The notes beneath the pieces were generated by a model. It was not told the origin of the DNA. It searched no databases and saw only the letters and a program-made list of their open reading frames with translations. The position numbers were made by a program, and so were the translations under genes. Positions 32,086 through 48,209 of a DNA stretch of 64,000 nt are shown piece by piece. How positions within the stretch are numbered: position 1 is the stretch's first letter; every line of letters begins with the position of its first letter. The DNA comes from the human T2T-CHM13v2.0 reference genome, Homo sapiens. The DNA lies in assembly GCF_009914755.1 (NCBI RefSeq), contig NC_060930.1. One strand, 5' to 3'.

Positions 32086-33419
32086 ATTCTATTTTAACCC
32101 ATCGGGCAATGTTTGGGATAGAGTGAGTCTTATGCTCCAGAACTCAAGTTAGGCCATATGACTAGAAAGCTTTCTGTATCTAAAAGTATGTTTCCAATAA
32201 TGAATGGATGAAATCAAATTTAAAAGTTGTTTTTCTTTTTATATGGCATTATAGTCATTTTGATGTGACACTGACATCGTTCTTGTTATGTTGTTTCCCT
32301 TTTATAACACAATTTGAATAATTTTAGGACAACTCTGTAAGATTTGCAACAATTGAAGGCAAAGCCAGAAAATGTTATTTCAAGAGTCTTATGATTTGCA
32401 ATCCTCACCAGAACTGTGTAATTTTGTTGTCTCTTGTGGTACAGGCATGAGGTGGAACGTGTAGTCCACCCTAGGAAGAGGAAGAGGAGCAAACATTTAA
32501 ACATGCAGACACGTTAACATTGAACTGGCTATTTCTTTTATTGATATCAACACACTTTGGCTGCCCCAACATTCAGCGATACTCAGGATAGTCACAGAAT
32601 TAAAGGTAGCCCAGCCTTTTCTAGCTATACCCTACTTAGTCACTTAAATATCTAAAATCCTTTTATTGTGGCTTTTCTTAGAACCAAAATACATAAATTT
32701 TCATCGTTCTGAAGCTAAAAGTGCCATATAAAATAAGGTTGAAATGCATTTAGCTCAAGTAAAATAACCAAATATAATCTCAAATAACAAACAAATGCCA
32801 ACAAGAGTGGGTTTGGGGGAACAAATCTGCTTAGAAATTTTTATCCGTTTTCTCTAACTATGGAACAGGCCCAGTCCTAACAGCATGTTCCACAAACAAA
32901 TAATGTCATTATTTATGACCTTTTCAACATTCTATGCATAAGAAACAGGCATAGAAAATTTTTATAAAATAAAAAATATCATCAACAATAGCCAAATGTC
33001 ACCTACTTAGGACTAGAACTCACTTATGTTTTAATAAAATATCAATTTATTTGAACATTAATAAAACATAGGAGTTTGTAGAATTAAGAAGACATTGTTT
33101 AATTGTTCCATGAGTGCAATAGCAACCCATGCTATAAATAAATAACCAATTCCTCCATTCATACCAAGATGGTCAGCACATACAGGAAAGATACTACTGC
33201 CACAGATTCACTCAAATGGCCTGAGCCTGCGGGGACATGAAGGCCTCAGAGCACTTCTCCCTATACGATAACACCATCATTTATCTGTGAGTCAGCAGCA
33301 TATTCAAATAATATTCATTTTATCACTGGATATTAAAATGGCTTGAATATGATAAAAAAGAATTAGTTGGATGCCACAAAGAGCAGCCAGATCTTAAGAT
33401 AAAGAAGCCAAGAGCTATC

Positions 33420-34395
33420 AAAGGATCTAGCCTTAGTGGACTGGAAGATATTACAATCTTAGGGCCCCTCTTGAAGAAAAAGAGTACAAAATTATAAATA
33501 TAGAATTGTTGTAGAAGTATATTTTATACATTATTGAGAAAAGAAATCTCAACAAATTATATACACAATTTAAGCTGATAAATTCAACACAGATCATAAA
33601 AATCCAACAGCACCATTAATGTTTTTATTAACTAAATAACTAGCATACTCCTATAATACTTTTCTTCATAACTTTGCTGGATGTTCTTTTAACCCCTCTG
33701 CATAAGACAAGAATGGTTTAATATATTCCATACAGAGAACAGAAAGATGGCTTCGTCTTCCCTCTAGCATGGTTGATAGAAAGAGGCATTAACAAATACA
33801 TTCTTGGCAAGAGAGAACCTCCATTTTGACTGGGTGTTGGTAAGAACCAAATCTTCTCTTAACAATGTAACACATTTGGTGAAATTTTCACAAACCGACC
33901 CGGGGCTCCATACTAACCTTGTTTCTAACTTGTCTCTCCCCCACCACCAACACACACTTCTGGCTGGGGATGGAGAGAGTGCTGGATTCAAGATGGTGTC
34001 CACCAGACGCTCCTCAAGTTGGCATTCCCAGTTGTTTCTCCACTTGCACAGCCAGCAATACTCCATTATACATGGAAGGGACTGCAAATCACAGAAGTGT
34101 ATTCCACTCCACTTGCAGCAAACATACGCCCATCTCATCTTCTCCTTGGGTCATCTCAAAATTGTCCACGGCGGCTCCAATACAGCCCAAGAGGAGGAGA
34201 AGGAAGAGAAGTTGGAGTGCAAAGACATCGTGGCCTTAATTGACTGAAGTTTAAAATGTCTTCTTTGTGAAAGTTTTAAAAATCAAATATTAACATGTCA
34301 ATACATGTCTGGGGCCTCTCCCAGAGCCTTGGGAAGGGTTCCTTACCAATGACAGGCCTGATAATTACACTTGGACAGTTTCACAGTAAAGCTAC
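33420..34395. mobile_element. hAT-Tip100 (Zaphod/MER115-like) DNA transposon relic
   Basis: gggcccctcttgaagaaaaagagtacaaaatta at the left end and ggggcctctcccagagccttgggaaggg at the right end. Confidence 0.55.
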
Positions 34396-34738
34396 ATCAT
34401 TCAGAAGATGAAGATTAAAGAAAGAATCCCAGAGTTGAAATAGAAGATTGGTCAGAACTGGAGAGGCAGAGTGAATCAGCACAGCCACCCTTCTCCTGCC
34501 TGCACCACAACCTGTCTCACGGGGGCTGCCCAGAAAATGTCGAGTTGTGTCAGGAACGATGAGCACCCAGACAGAGATTGTTGAAAAAAAAGCAAAGAAA
34601 AAATATGCTAAATCATGTTATATTACCATTTTGTAGGTAAAATAGTCAAATATCTATATTCTATAGGGTTTGACCTAATACTTATTATCCATATTTAGTT
34701 AATGCACCATGTGCCATATTTTTGGCACTCCTAGGCAT

Positions 34739-35165
34739 TGTCATGGGTTGAATTGTATCCCCACAAAAAAAGATGCAATGGACTAACCCCAAATATCTCA
34801 GAATGTGACCTTATTTGGATATGAAGTCTTCAGAAGTAATCTAGTTGAGATGAGGCCATTAAGGTGGACTCTAATCCAAAATGACTGGTGTCCTTTTAAA
34901 ACGGGGGGATTTGCACACAGAGACAGATGTGCACAGAGGGAAGATGATGTGAAGAGACAGAAAGAATGCCATCTGCAACCCAAGGCTACCGGAAGCTAGG
35001 AGAGAGGAATGGAACAGATCCTTCCTTCACAACCCTCAGAAGCCAACCCTGCTAACACCTAGACCTCAGACTTCTAGCCTCCAGAACTGCAGGAGAACAC
35101 AATTCTGTTGTTTACGCCATGCTGTTAACAGCACTTTGTTACGACAACCCTAGGAGACTAACCTA
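34739..35165 (+). mobile_element. MLT1 (B/C-like) MaLR LTR
   Basis: tgtcatgggttgaattg..gaatgtgaccttatttgga..cttctagcctccagaactg; TSD GGCAT. Confidence 0.85.
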
Positions 35166-35360
35166 GGCATTGACTCCTTAAAGCTTCACTATGCTCCTGT
35201 AAGGTGACTGCTGTTACTATTACATAAATTTCAGAAAACTGCAGCTCAGAGAAGCTAAGAACAGTGTCCAAGTTCACTGACATAGCAGGGGATAAAACTG
35301 GGCTTTGAACCCCAGAAGCCTGGCTCCAGGCTCACTCTTATGATCTCCATGCAGCACTAG

Positions 35361-35689
<329 letters not shown>

Positions 35690-38600
35690 CAGTAATTGTT
35701 TTTAATTAGCAACATCCATGGATAATATGAAGAACATTTTTAAGGCCCTGAAAACCACTTATTCTCTGAAATACTATTTTTAAAATATCCACTACAATCC
35801 TGTTTGCAAGACAGGAAGTTTGCCTCAACTAAGGATAATTGGCACCAAAATGGGAATGGTGCCAATTCACTTAAAGTGAATACAGAGAGAGACCAAAATG
35901 GGAAGAGATAGTTTCTAAAACTTCATTTTGGGTGAAAACTAAGAAATAATGCATTAATTCTCAGGATGAACAAAAACAAACATTTGAGAAACAGGTAAAT
36001 TGTACTAAATTTCTAATAAAGTTATCTAATGCCCTTTATTTCATGTTTGATTTTCATAGCTTGATTATAAAGAAGGTCATTTTACCAAAAAAAATTAATG
36101 AGTCATTAATTTTTCCAGTGGCATCTCTTATTCTTTGGAGATTCATAATTTTCATTTTGGAGAATCCATCTACTTTTCATCCATATTAAGTTTTTCTTCT
36201 TTAGTTCTCAAGTAGGTTAACTCTCCTGGAATCTCATTTGTAAATGACTTTGGGTAGTAATGCTTTGAGCTGTTCTCCAACCTCACTTCCATGGACTTTA
36301 TGAAATCCCACCTCTTTCACAAGAATTGCAGTTTCCCTTTGTAGTTGAAACACATTGTGCTGTCAGGAGTTTAAACTTGGTGAGTTCAGAGGGACTATGG
36401 ACCAGAAAGACACCAAGCTCACAAAACACACAGATGAGATGGATGTAAGTAGGTGTTATATGATGTGTACCAGATGCTGAAATGGGGACTGACATTATGT
36501 ATTATTGCAAAATATGGTTTCCTGGGGAACTTCAAATGTGAGGGATTCTGATAATCAAAACAAAAAATGAGAGGCCTCCCATGTCTTTGCTTAGAACATC
36601 ATTTCCCAAAGTATATTCCAGTGAACTATAATTCCTGGAGATGTGATTAGTAGGGATAAGTAGGAAGTACATGTAAGTTATGGTTAAGCACTTCTGGGAA
36701 ACACAGAGTTAAACACAGATCAATGAATTTGAATGCTTTGAGAATTCCTTGAGACTATAATGTACTAATAATGTGCATTTTGAATTTCTAAGAGCTACAT
36801 ACAATATGTAATGTTTCCCAAATGCGTAAATTTGTTTAAAACTGTCTTCTCTAGCATTGGATAGGGTAAGTGTTCAGGAGAGCATATTTTAGAAGACGGT
36901 GACTTAGAAAACCCCTTTCTGTATATCTGACACAAGATTATACTTTAGTAAACTTAAGGTGAATGATCATAAACTCTACTCTAGGATGTCCAAATTAGTA
37001 TGACTTCATTCTTTTAAACAACAATGCCCAGAGCTCAGCTTCAAATTGTTTTGAGATTAGGACCATGGAATATCACAGGAAAAGCACTAGACTAAAAGGA
37101 GAATTTACATAGTCCTCATGACTTGGGGGCCTTAGCTTCTCATTAGCCAATGTGGTAGGGTGGTGAATCCCTAAGGCTCCTTGCAGCACATAGAAACAGA
37201 AATAATAGAAAAAAAAAAAAGATTCAGAGTGGCAGAGAATGCTAAGGACAGGTAGGGGAGGACCCCATCGATGCTGGTGCCTTTAAAACCAATCATTTCA
37301 GAAGTCATAGAACAGAAAGCACAAGATTTCTTTCCTTTTGTAATGCCTGGACAAGTTTGTAATAGCATAGAGGCCACCAATAGGCTGATTTCTTTGCAAA
37401 GGAATTCGCCTATTTTAAGGGATTTTTTTTTAAGTTGATCAAGCCTTAGGCAAGGGTAGACACAGAATTGAAGAAGGGAGAAGAGGTGCTACCAAGAAGG
37501 ATGGTGGAGGATGTCAAGCCCACGACTGAGGAGTAAAGCAGCTGAGAAACAAAGTAATGCTGGTGAAACTGCTCAAGTCTATGGGAACCAACAGCAAATT
37601 AAACAACATAGCAAAATGATCTAGTCATTTACTCACTCACGCCACAGTGAGCAGAGAGGTTCCATGTTAGCATCATGTTAGTAAAGAGCCATTAAATTTA
37701 AAACTTCACATCCCTCTTTTTTTTTTTTTTACCTGTTATTTACCATTTCTACCCTGCTCACATCCTCAAGGTGAAGTGAGTAGTCTTAAATTATTAAGTC
37801 ATATAGAAAAATTCAGGGTAAAAGATCAAAACCAATTAAGAGGCAGGCATCTGGGTTTAATTAGTCACTGCAACTGAGCAGATCAGCAGGCTTACTATCA
37901 GCTAGCACTGGCTTCCTAGTAAAAGGAAGTATCTAAGTTCATCGAAATGAGATTAATTTATTTTCCAGGTACTATATTCCAAGAAGACTCTATTGCTGGT
38001 GTGTTTATATAAAAAGTGATAGACAAGGAAAGTCTTCATCTCTAATGTTGGTCCCACTCCACACCTTTCATTTCTCCTTCAGCCCGAACTCCGCATCAAG
38101 GCCCCTCACAAAGGTTGCCGTCACCTGGTATTTACCTATCCCATTCTGCAGATTCTCCAGAAAAGAGTTACAGGTTAAAGAAGCCTCCAGCTTCTTCTGC
38201 CATCTCTCTGGAGGGTGAAATATGGGACTTAAGGTACCTTCCCCTTAGGAGAAGCAATGGATCTGGATTCTGAAACAGGTCATTACCTGGGGTGGAGAGG
38301 TGAGGGGCTGAAGCTTCAAGCTGGCTCTGGTCTAGGCTCTGACAATCGAGGTGTCTGGATCACCCAGAGAGATTCAATATGAGAGGAAAACAGTCTTGGA
38401 TTTAGGCCTGTTCTCTTTCTTGCATTGTATCTCTCAGTAACTTAATGCTGCTAGGTTGCAGGAGCTGTACGCTTTTGCTAAAGAGTCACATGAATATGAA
38501 TGCTAAGTCACACCACACCAAAAAAAAGTTACAAGAAAAACCTTAAGTGATCACCATCACAACACTTATAAGGAATTCTACAGGTGTCTTTCATTAACTA

Positions 38601-39138
38601 ACCCATCTCAGGGGCTTACTATCATATCACTCCAATTTGGAAATATTTGGAAAACTGAGACAATAAAATGTGTATTTGTTAACTTGTGTGTTTTTTCTTC
38701 TCAACATCTACTCAAGGCAGGGAAAGATTTTAGAGACACTAGAAGAATAAATGAGCAAAATATTCTTTGAATTGTCCCCTTCAAATTAAAACTAAATTAA
38801 AATTAAAACAAATTAAAATTAAAACTCTGTTGACCTTTTGGCAAATTCTTAATTGTTTTTAGAGTTGACAACCCTGACAAGGGCTTCTGTATCAAGAAGT
38901 CACAGAGTCAATTAAAGAGGAATCTCTTCAGATGATTTGAATTGATAAGCTGAGGTTCTGTGAGGAATGACAGTTAAGAGCATGTTAAAGTTGTTATGAA
39001 AAAAGAGAAGAATCTCTGAGTCTTCGTTCGATGCCAGATGCAGAACTGAAGACCTTCTGAGGAAACAAAGGAGCCTGGTTCTCACCTTGATGAAATGCCA
39101 GCACAGAAGCACACCCAGTGTGATCCCCTGATGGCCAG

Positions 39139-39357
39139 GAGCAGTTCTCAACTCCAACACTCTTGAAATTTGGGGCCAGATAATTCTTAGGCTGGGGGAG
39201 GGGGCACTGACTGTCTTGTGCATAGTAGGATGTGGGATGTTTGGCACCTTACTACACGCCCACTATGTGTCAGTAGTACTCTACCCAGTTGTGAAAAGTA
39301 AAAATGTCAATGTCCCCTGGAGGTAGGGAGAACAACAACCCCAGTTGAGAACCACTG
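39139..39357. mobile_element. MER20 hAT-Charlie element
   Basis: gttctcaac..ttggggccagataattctt..cccagttgagaaccactg. Confidence 0.85.
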
Positions 39358-40930
39358 GCCCAAAGCTAGGGCCAAAGCCTTTTATAAAAACTGGATTTGA
39401 AATCTGCTCAAGTACTCTGACAGATTTTGGATTGCAATCCCCAGATTTCTGAGCCAAAGAAGGAAAGAAAATATTTTGGTCTGAAATGTTTAAGGTTAAG
39501 GCTTACTGCCTGGGTACCTCAATGATTTTTAAATCCCAATATGACCCCAGGATAATTTCAGATTGTCAATGGCTCTAAATTCTGATGAGCCCACCAGGCT
39601 GTTAGCTGCCATAGGTACCCGCAAGAACCACAAAAATAGTCTCTAACATGAATAGAGCTTCACATTCTACCCAGAATTTTTACATTTGTCATCTTATTTA
39701 AGTCTGCATGAGTTATTCATTTAGAATTTCCCAGTTAGGACAAAGTCTAGCTTATCTCTGAGGAATCTTGGCCAGCCACGATAATTTTAGCTTTCACATA
39801 GTAGATACTTTCTGATGATAATCAGGAAAAGAGCTCATTCGTGTTTTATGGCCATTCCGGTAGGTGATACTAAGATTATGCCATCAACATGGAAGTGGAT
39901 GAATATCTCCCTAGTTGCTATGACAGGCAGAGAAACATCCAAATTATCTAATTGTCACACGGTTACTCAAATACACATTTAATAGAAGAATGGCATTGTT
40001 TCACACCACTTAGACTGGATTTTGATCTGACAAAAGACATTTCTTTCCCCCTTAGATTTTGATAATAGTATTGCAAGTTGGACTTTGAGAAACACTAATA
40101 GCCTGAGTTACGTGATGAAGTGTCAGAGACTGGCCCATAAAAAAAAAAAAATTCTGCCTACATATTAAAGACCAGCAAAACAAAAATAAGCATTGAGAAA
40201 AGTTCCGTGTTGTTCTCATTTTATCAGCAGCCTGAGAATACAGCAATGATCAGTGTTAAACTAGTTTTGCATAAAATCTAAACTGTTTTAGGATTAGGTT
40301 AAACTCAAGGCTACAATTTACATAAATGTCCCACAGAGTGCTGACTCTGTAATTTATGTGCAATTGAGATTCTCCCCATCCAATCCTGAGAGAAAAATAC
40401 CTGAAGAGTTAATTTAGCAAAGATTGAGGCCCATGCCTCAGGGGAGGCTCTAAACTCTGTGGGACAGAAAGAAAGAACCTCCTGGGACACTTTTAAGGTG
40501 AAAGAAGGGCTTTTAACATGCAGCTGGTTTACTGCATTCCAGATAATAAGAGGCCAGAAATATGTAACACACAGCAGGACTCCTGTAGAGAAGTCCAGTA
40601 TAATTAGTCATCTGATCGTCAACAAAGATTTAGGCTCCTGCAATTACAGAATCCATTGCTTGGGTGGTAATGTCCCCAAATCTGCATTTGGTATTGTTTC
40701 TGACAAGCAAACTCAAAGACTCCCTCCCAAATCTATTATAACCTGATTTTTGAAAAGGATAAGTTGCTTATAAAAACATTTGAACTTAATAAGTTTACAT
40801 ATGACTCATCTGGGTTCCGACTGCAGTATTATCTTGATAGCACCGCCAGGCTGCATGGTTTACGGGCAAGCTTTATCCAGCAGGGAGACAGATGGGCCCA
40901 TTCACTGCCCAGAAATGGAGTCTTCCAGGC

Positions 40931-41430
<500 letters not shown>

Positions 41431-43062
41431 CAGACTAGAGTCTGACTCTCCAAAGAGTGAGATGAAATTCGAAGAAAACAGGTCCCATCTTAATGTCCTT
41501 GTGTGCATAGCGTCAGCTCTTTGGTTGCATGTTTGGTCAATCATGGTGACTTCATAACAGATTTGGTTTAAGAGGTGAGTGCTTAATTTAAAACCCAGAT
41601 GTCTACAGCCCCTTCCTGGTTCCCACACTCTACCACAACTCACCTTACCTTACACCTTATTTGAGGCACACCCAGTGTGATCCCCTTCAAATCCATGCAC
41701 ATGTACACACACACATACACACTTATAAAAGGCAATAAAAATGCGTACCTGGCACCCTTCTCTGATAGACCTGTGCTGTGACTCCTCTAGAGATGTTGGT
41801 CTGACCCTTTGAATAGATGTTGCATTTGCTAGAGAAAACCTGGCTCCTTGCCTCTTCTCCCCACTTTCCGGTTGTAATAATTATTTCCTTGTTGAAAGAG
41901 GCTCTCCATTCCCCCATGAAAGGCTTACAGAAAATACTCACCGTAAGTATTTGAATTAGTCCTGCCCTTATACATGAACTTATATATTCTGATAAATAAG
42001 TAGCAGCTTATCTTTTATCCTTCTTATTGACCATCCTACAATCTACAGGTACTGTCATCAAATAGCAAGAACTATAATAAAAAGTAGGAAAAACCTTTGT
42101 GAAAAGAAAACGTGCACAAGGAATGAAAAGAGCTTAACGTCTGCTTATTACTCAATCTTTACATCATATCAATGTAACATAATGTCATTTGATTAAAGGA
42201 CAACACATTTTTTCTAGAAAAAGAGTAAGACTTTAGAAATGTCTACTTAAAACAGTGATTTTAAATCAGATCTTTTTTGAGAAAGAAATGCAGTGTATCA
42301 AAATCTCACTAATTTCAGCCAGTTGGCAAACCATTAAGTGTCCACTTTCTATCATACAAATTGAACACTATCTCTGACTTCCAGGGGACTCCCAAACTAA
42401 GATTGTGTTGTAGATTATCAGAGTCTTCCATGAGCCTTACAAGGTTAAAAAATAGAACACCAACATATTCCACAGCTTCTTAGTACATGAACATGGCTAT
42501 GAGATAGAGCAGGGCAGAGCTCCCTATGGATCTATGGATGTGTGCAAGGGCAGAACCCACAGTGCAAGGCAGTCTGTCCCTGGGAGTCCTCTGCCACACC
42601 CAGCACAGCTGACAACTGCCACAGAATGATACAAGACCCTCACCTTACAAAATTCTATTTGTAAAAGGAGGACTGTCAAATTCATTTGGAAAACACAATC
42701 ACCTACAGATTCATGAAAACATTTGCTCTATCAAGACTCTGAAAATTCATACAGTAAAGACAAGGCTAACCTTGTTTGAGGTGGCATTCCTCCAACTTAT
42801 TTGATCCTGGAACTTTTTTCTAATCACGCCTATTCCCCTCCCATGGACCCACAGTTCTGCAGGGCACAATTTTAGGCAATTCCATCAGCCCTAGGAGTGT
42901 CTGAGGTCCATGGCGGCTACACAGAATGCTATCGCCACTGCATGCTGCCAGAAAGTCTGGGCTCCCTCAGCCAACAAGAGCTGTAATTGAGTCTCCAGAC
43001 CACGGGGAGCTTTTCTGGGTGGTGAGGGGAGACTTGGAGAAGTGTCAGGTTGGCTTCCAAGG

Positions 43063-43473
43063 TGATAGAGTTTGGATGTGTGTCCTCACCCAAATCTCAT
43101 GTTGAACTGTAATCCCCAGTGCTGGAGGTGGGGCCTGGTAGGTGTTTGGGTCATGGAGGTGGATCCCTCATGGCTTAGTCCTGTCTTCAAGACAGTCAGT
43201 AAGTGAGTGAGTGAGTTCGTGTGAGATCTGGTCCTTTAAAAGTGTATGGTACCTCCCCCCGCCACTCTCTCTTGTTCCTGCTCTGGCCATGTGATGTGTC
43301 TTCTCCCACTTCACCTTCTGCCATGAGTAAAAGCTCCCTGACACCTCCCCAGAAACAAATGCTGGCACTATGCTTCCTGTACAACCTGCAGAACTGTGAG
43401 CCAATTAAACCTCTTTCATAAATTACCCGGTCTCAGGTATTTCTTTACAGCAATGCAAGAATGACCTAATACA
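43063..43473 (+). mobile_element. MST (A/B) MaLR solo LTR
   Basis: tgatagagtttggatg...ctaataca; 5-bp TSD CAAGG. Confidence 0.9.
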
Positions 43474-43857
43474 CAAGGTATTCCAAATCCAGCTAGGTAG
43501 CACAGGTAGAGAGGAAGAAAGGTAGACATAAGTAACAATATAAAACAATATAATAAGAATGCATGGATGCTGTGGACATATTTCTCAGAGGAAGAGAGGC
43601 AAGTGAATTTACAGTGGACTCCAGTGTCCACAGAAAGCCACAGAAAGTGGGTGGGGCTGGTACTGCACTGAACCAATGAGTAGGGCAGAGAATGATATCA
43701 AGCAACAAGCATATTCTAGGATTTACTAAATGGAAGGCTTGTGGGGTTAGAGGAAAAGGGAAGAGAAAATTTGAATGCTGAGCTTTTGAACACAGAAAGT
43801 GGGGGCATGCTGAGTGTCCCACCAGAATTAATAAAGCCAGAGCAGAAGCATCAAGTA

Positions 43858-44181
43858 CAGTAGGCCCTCGGTACCCACGGGGGATTGGTCCCAGAATCCC
43901 TCTCTGATACCAAAGTCATAGGATGCTCCAATCCCTTATAAAAAGTGGCATAGCATTTGCATATAACCTATGCACATCCTCCTGTATACTTGAAATCACC
44001 TCTAGATTACTTGTGATACCTAATACAGTGCCTACACATCACTTCATTCATGCGGAGTCAAACACAGTATGCAGCACATGGCAAATTCAAGTTTTGCTTT
44101 TTGGAATTTTGTGGATTTTTTTCCTGAATATTTTTAACCCATGGTTTGTTGAATCCATGGGTGCAGAACTCATGCCAGCTG
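43858..44181. mobile_element. MER2/MER2B (Tigger-derived) element
   Basis: cagtaggccctcggtacccacgggggattgg..gttgaatccatgg..ctg with TA on both sides. Confidence 0.82.
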
Positions 44182-44229
44182 TACTGTCTTGGTGGTGCTT
44201 TGATGAATTGGATAAAAAAGCAGTACAAC

Positions 44230-44640
44230 TGTAGTGAATATCTGCTGTTTTTGTCCATCAGGATCCATTCACCCATCTTTTCATAAAACAATGTCCAGAT
44301 TTTAAAGCTATGCCATGTAGGGGAATTAATTCACCTCTAAAGCTACTGGCAGAAGTTCTCTCTCTCCACTCATGGCAGGGCAGAAAAAGCAGCAGCATGA
44401 GTACTTTCAGCTTCTGGCCATCAGTCCAATCCCAACAAACATAGAAGAAACAGATGAGAAAACCCAGGGCCTTGGATATATCATGGGAGCACCTGGGTCA
44501 ACCATACCTGAAGCTGTTTATTCTGGATATTTCAGCTAATGAACTCCTTTATCATTTCAAGCGGTTTAATCTGTGGGGTTTTTATAATTGCAAACACACA
44601 CAAACACAATTGACAGAATATCCAAATGTTATAAACTGAT
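44230..44640 (+). mobile_element. Old MLT1-type LTR relic
   Basis: tgtagtgaatatctgctg start and a degenerate MLT1 3' end. Boundaries approximate. Confidence 0.4.
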
Positions 44641-44828
44641 AGGCTGGCCTGAGAGTAAGAGTTTGGGAAATCAGCTCAAAAAGGTGACAGATGAAACCAC
44701 AGAAGCAAAGAGGTCCAGGGAGAAAGGACAGAGAGAAAATGAGAGAACCAAGGCTGAGATCATAGGAATCATCACAGGTGGGCAAAACTTGAGGAGCAGG
44801 TGAGCCAAAAAGAAAACGGACAGGCAGG

Positions 44829-45243
44829 TGACATGATTTGGATGTTTCTCCCCTCCAAACTTCATGCTGAAATATGATTCCGAATGTTGAAGGTGGGGCC
44901 TGACGGGAGGTGACTGAATTATGGGGGAAATTCCTCAGGAATGGTTTAGCACCCTCCCCTTGATGACAAGTGAGTTCTCACTCAGTTCACAGGAGATCTG
45001 GTTGTTGAAGAGAGTCTGAGACATCCTCCCTCTCTCTCTCTTGCTCCAGCTCTCACCATGTGACACACTAGCTACCCCTCACCTTCCGCCATGATTGTAA
45101 GTTTCCTGTGGCCTCACCAGAAGCAGATGCCAGCACCATGCTTCCGGTACAGCCAGAAGAACCATGAGCCAATTAAACCTCTTTTCTTTATAAATTACCC
45201 AGTTTTAGGTATTCCTTTATAGCAATGCAAGATGTACTAACAT
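44829..45243 (+). mobile_element. MSTB-like MaLR solo LTR
   Basis: tgacatgatttggatg..ccaattaaacctcttttctttataaattaccc. Confidence 0.87.
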
Positions 45244-45329
45244 GGAAAATAAGAGGAAGCCCAGAAAGTAAAGTATCAAAATCCCCAGGACATAGGTAAA
45301 GAGAACAGTCAAGCTTTCTAATTTTTCAA

Positions 45330-45570
45330 ACACTATTATCTGTTGTTCACTTGTTCCATGCCAGACGGTGTTCTGGCCACCGTATATTCAAGAAATCCTT
45401 CAATCCTCTCACTCTTACTATGAGGTGGATATTATCATTGTCATTGTATAGATGAGGAAGCTGAAGCACAGCAGTTAATGAACTTGCCTATAGTCACCCA
45501 GCTAGTAAATGGCAGAACTAGAATTTGGCTCTGGTATTCTGCCTCTAGAATTCACTTTGCTAACCAGTAA
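45330..45570 (-). mobile_element. MIR relic
   Basis: tagatgaggaagctgaagcaca..aacttgcc..gtcacccagctagtaaatggcaga. Confidence 0.72.
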
Positions 45571-46149
45571 ACTCTACACTTCTCAACCCTCTGCATCTTT
45601 CTGGAACTGCTGCTAAGCATGCAAGTAAGGATTCATTTAACCAAAAATTTATCTTCTACATTCAGTCTGACTTGGATATCAGACTGAACGTCCAATGTAG
45701 ACGTACACACATTGTATATTATTCTCTTTTTATGGTACTCTGTTAAGATGAAAATAGACTAGGGGCAGATAGCTTATTTAGTCATTCACATCTTAGCATG
45801 AATTAGTTTGATTTAAAATTGTTTCCTTATACCAATGGAGGAACCTGGGCTCATATAGAAGTGTATGAGATGCTATACACGGAATAGCTCAGAGAAGAGA
45901 GGATTAAGAACAAACTTTTCCCCTTCACAAATCTCTTGTGAATCAAGACATTCTTTTCTCTTATCCAGTTTCTATTACCTGAAGTATACGACTGCATGCT
46001 TCACTGGGCACAGGTTAAGAGATCAGCATAAAGGTCAGCCTTTCTCTCCATGAGCCCAACCCCACAAGGCACTTATAGAAGGACAATCTTTGGTGTTTAT
46101 TATAAATGCACATCTGTCTCACCTGGGATGAAGCGTTCTAGTAACATCA

Positions 46150-46935
46150 AAAATTAGTATGGCTATTATGGAAAATGGCATGGAAGTTTCTTAGAAAACT
46201 AAAAATAGAATTACCATGTGATCCTGCAATCCCACTTCTGGTTATATATCAAAAGGAATATATACCCTTTGGTATGTCAAAGAGCTACCTGCACTCCTGT
46301 GTTCATTGCAACACTATTGACAATAGCCAAGTTAGGAATCAAACTAAAGTGTCTATCAACAGATAAATGGAAAAAGAAAATATGGTATACACACACAATG
46401 GAATACTATTCAGCCTTTAAAAAGAACAAAGTTCTATCGTTGGCAACAACATGGATAGAATTAGAGATCATTACGCTGCATGAAATAAGCCAGGTACAGA
46501 AAGACAAATATCTCATGTTTTCACTCAAATGTAGAATCTAAAACAATTGAATTCATAGAATCAGAGAGCAGAATGGTGGTTACAGAGACTGGGGGCTGGG
46601 GAATGTGGAGATGAAGGTCAAAGGGTACAAAGTCTCAGCTATGGGGGTATGGATTTTTTCTTTTTTGAGTCTACTGCAATGCATGGTGCATTTACTTAAT
46701 CATAGAGTATTGTACATTTCAAAACTGCTAGGACAGTACATTTCAAATGTTCTCACCACAAAAACTTTCCAGTTTTTGAGGTGATGGATATGTTAAATAG
46801 CTTTATTTAACTATTCCACATTGTATGCATAAATTATAATATCACTTTGTACCTCACAAATTTATACAATTATAAATTGTCAATTTATAATAAATAAAGT
46901 TTATAAAATGAAGGAAAAAAATAAAAAATAAAAAC
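46150..46935 (+). mobile_element. Old L1 3' end (L1MA-like)
   Basis: Degenerate ORF2 C-terminus (ELPCDPAIPLL, HTMEYYSAFKKN), L1M-type 3'UTR and A-rich tail. Confidence 0.85.
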
Positions 46936-47062
46936 TTCATGGGGTCGACTTTCCAAGTAAAATACCAATGGTAGAAAATATGCAGGAAAATAAATACTAA
47001 TTGATTTTACTAATTTAAAAACCGTAAGATGTCAACACAGACTATGAACTAAGTTAGCTAAG

Positions 47063-47400
<338 letters not shown>

Positions 47401-47759
47401 TGTTTGGTTTTTTTTTTAAGCAAGCAACCAGTTAGGAAAAAAAATATCTTCAACCTACATTCCTGGAGCCTCCATCTACCCAGTCTATCCCTGGCCAAGT
47501 CCTGTCTCTCCAACATCTTCTCACACATCACTGCCTGTGGGAAGCCTCAGGATAAGCCCAATAGTCTACATAGCCCTGTAATACTCTTGATTGCAGGTTT
47601 TCATCATTTATTTCATATCCATTTTCCTGCCTGAACTTTATATCCACCAAGGCAAGGATGGAAACTGTCTCGTTCACCATCAGCTGTTACCTCTGGGACT
47701 TGGGTGCGAAACTAGCTCTCATGAATTAATAAGTAAAAGTAAAGGATTGCTACTGTATG

Positions 47760-48200
47760 AACAATCTTACAAGTCAACAATAAAGAGGGAAACACTCCAA
47801 TAGAAAAATGGGCAAAATGAGTATGTATGTAAAAATAAATGTAAAATAAAATCATGACATCATTTTTCAACCATTTTCCCTCTCCTTTAAATTCAAAAAC
47901 AAAATAAAATCAAAGGAAAACTAACACATACCTCCCTTAGATGTGGGGAACGGCCACTCTCATAGGCTGCTACAACCTTTCAGCTGGGCACCTTAGCTCT
48001 ATGTATTGGCTTCTTTAAAATGTGCCTGCCCTTTAGCTCAGCGATTTTGCTTTTAGGAATATGTCCTAAGAATATACATAAATATTAATCTATGGAACAA
48101 TCAGTGCATCATTGTGTACAACAGCAAAAAGAAATCTAAGCAATAATAGCGGATTAGTTAAATTATGCACATGAGTAAAATAGAATGATATGCAGCATTC
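47760..48200 (+). mobile_element. Highly decayed L1M fragments
   Basis: caatagaaaaatgggcaaa, gcgattttgcttttaggaat and similar L1 3' remnants. Confidence 0.5.
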
Positions 48201-48209
48201 TTAGTGAAC

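Noticed and set aside
33764-34247. Overlapping 106-147-aa ORFs
   Set aside because: They lie within a decayed hAT-like element and show no recognisable protein similarity.
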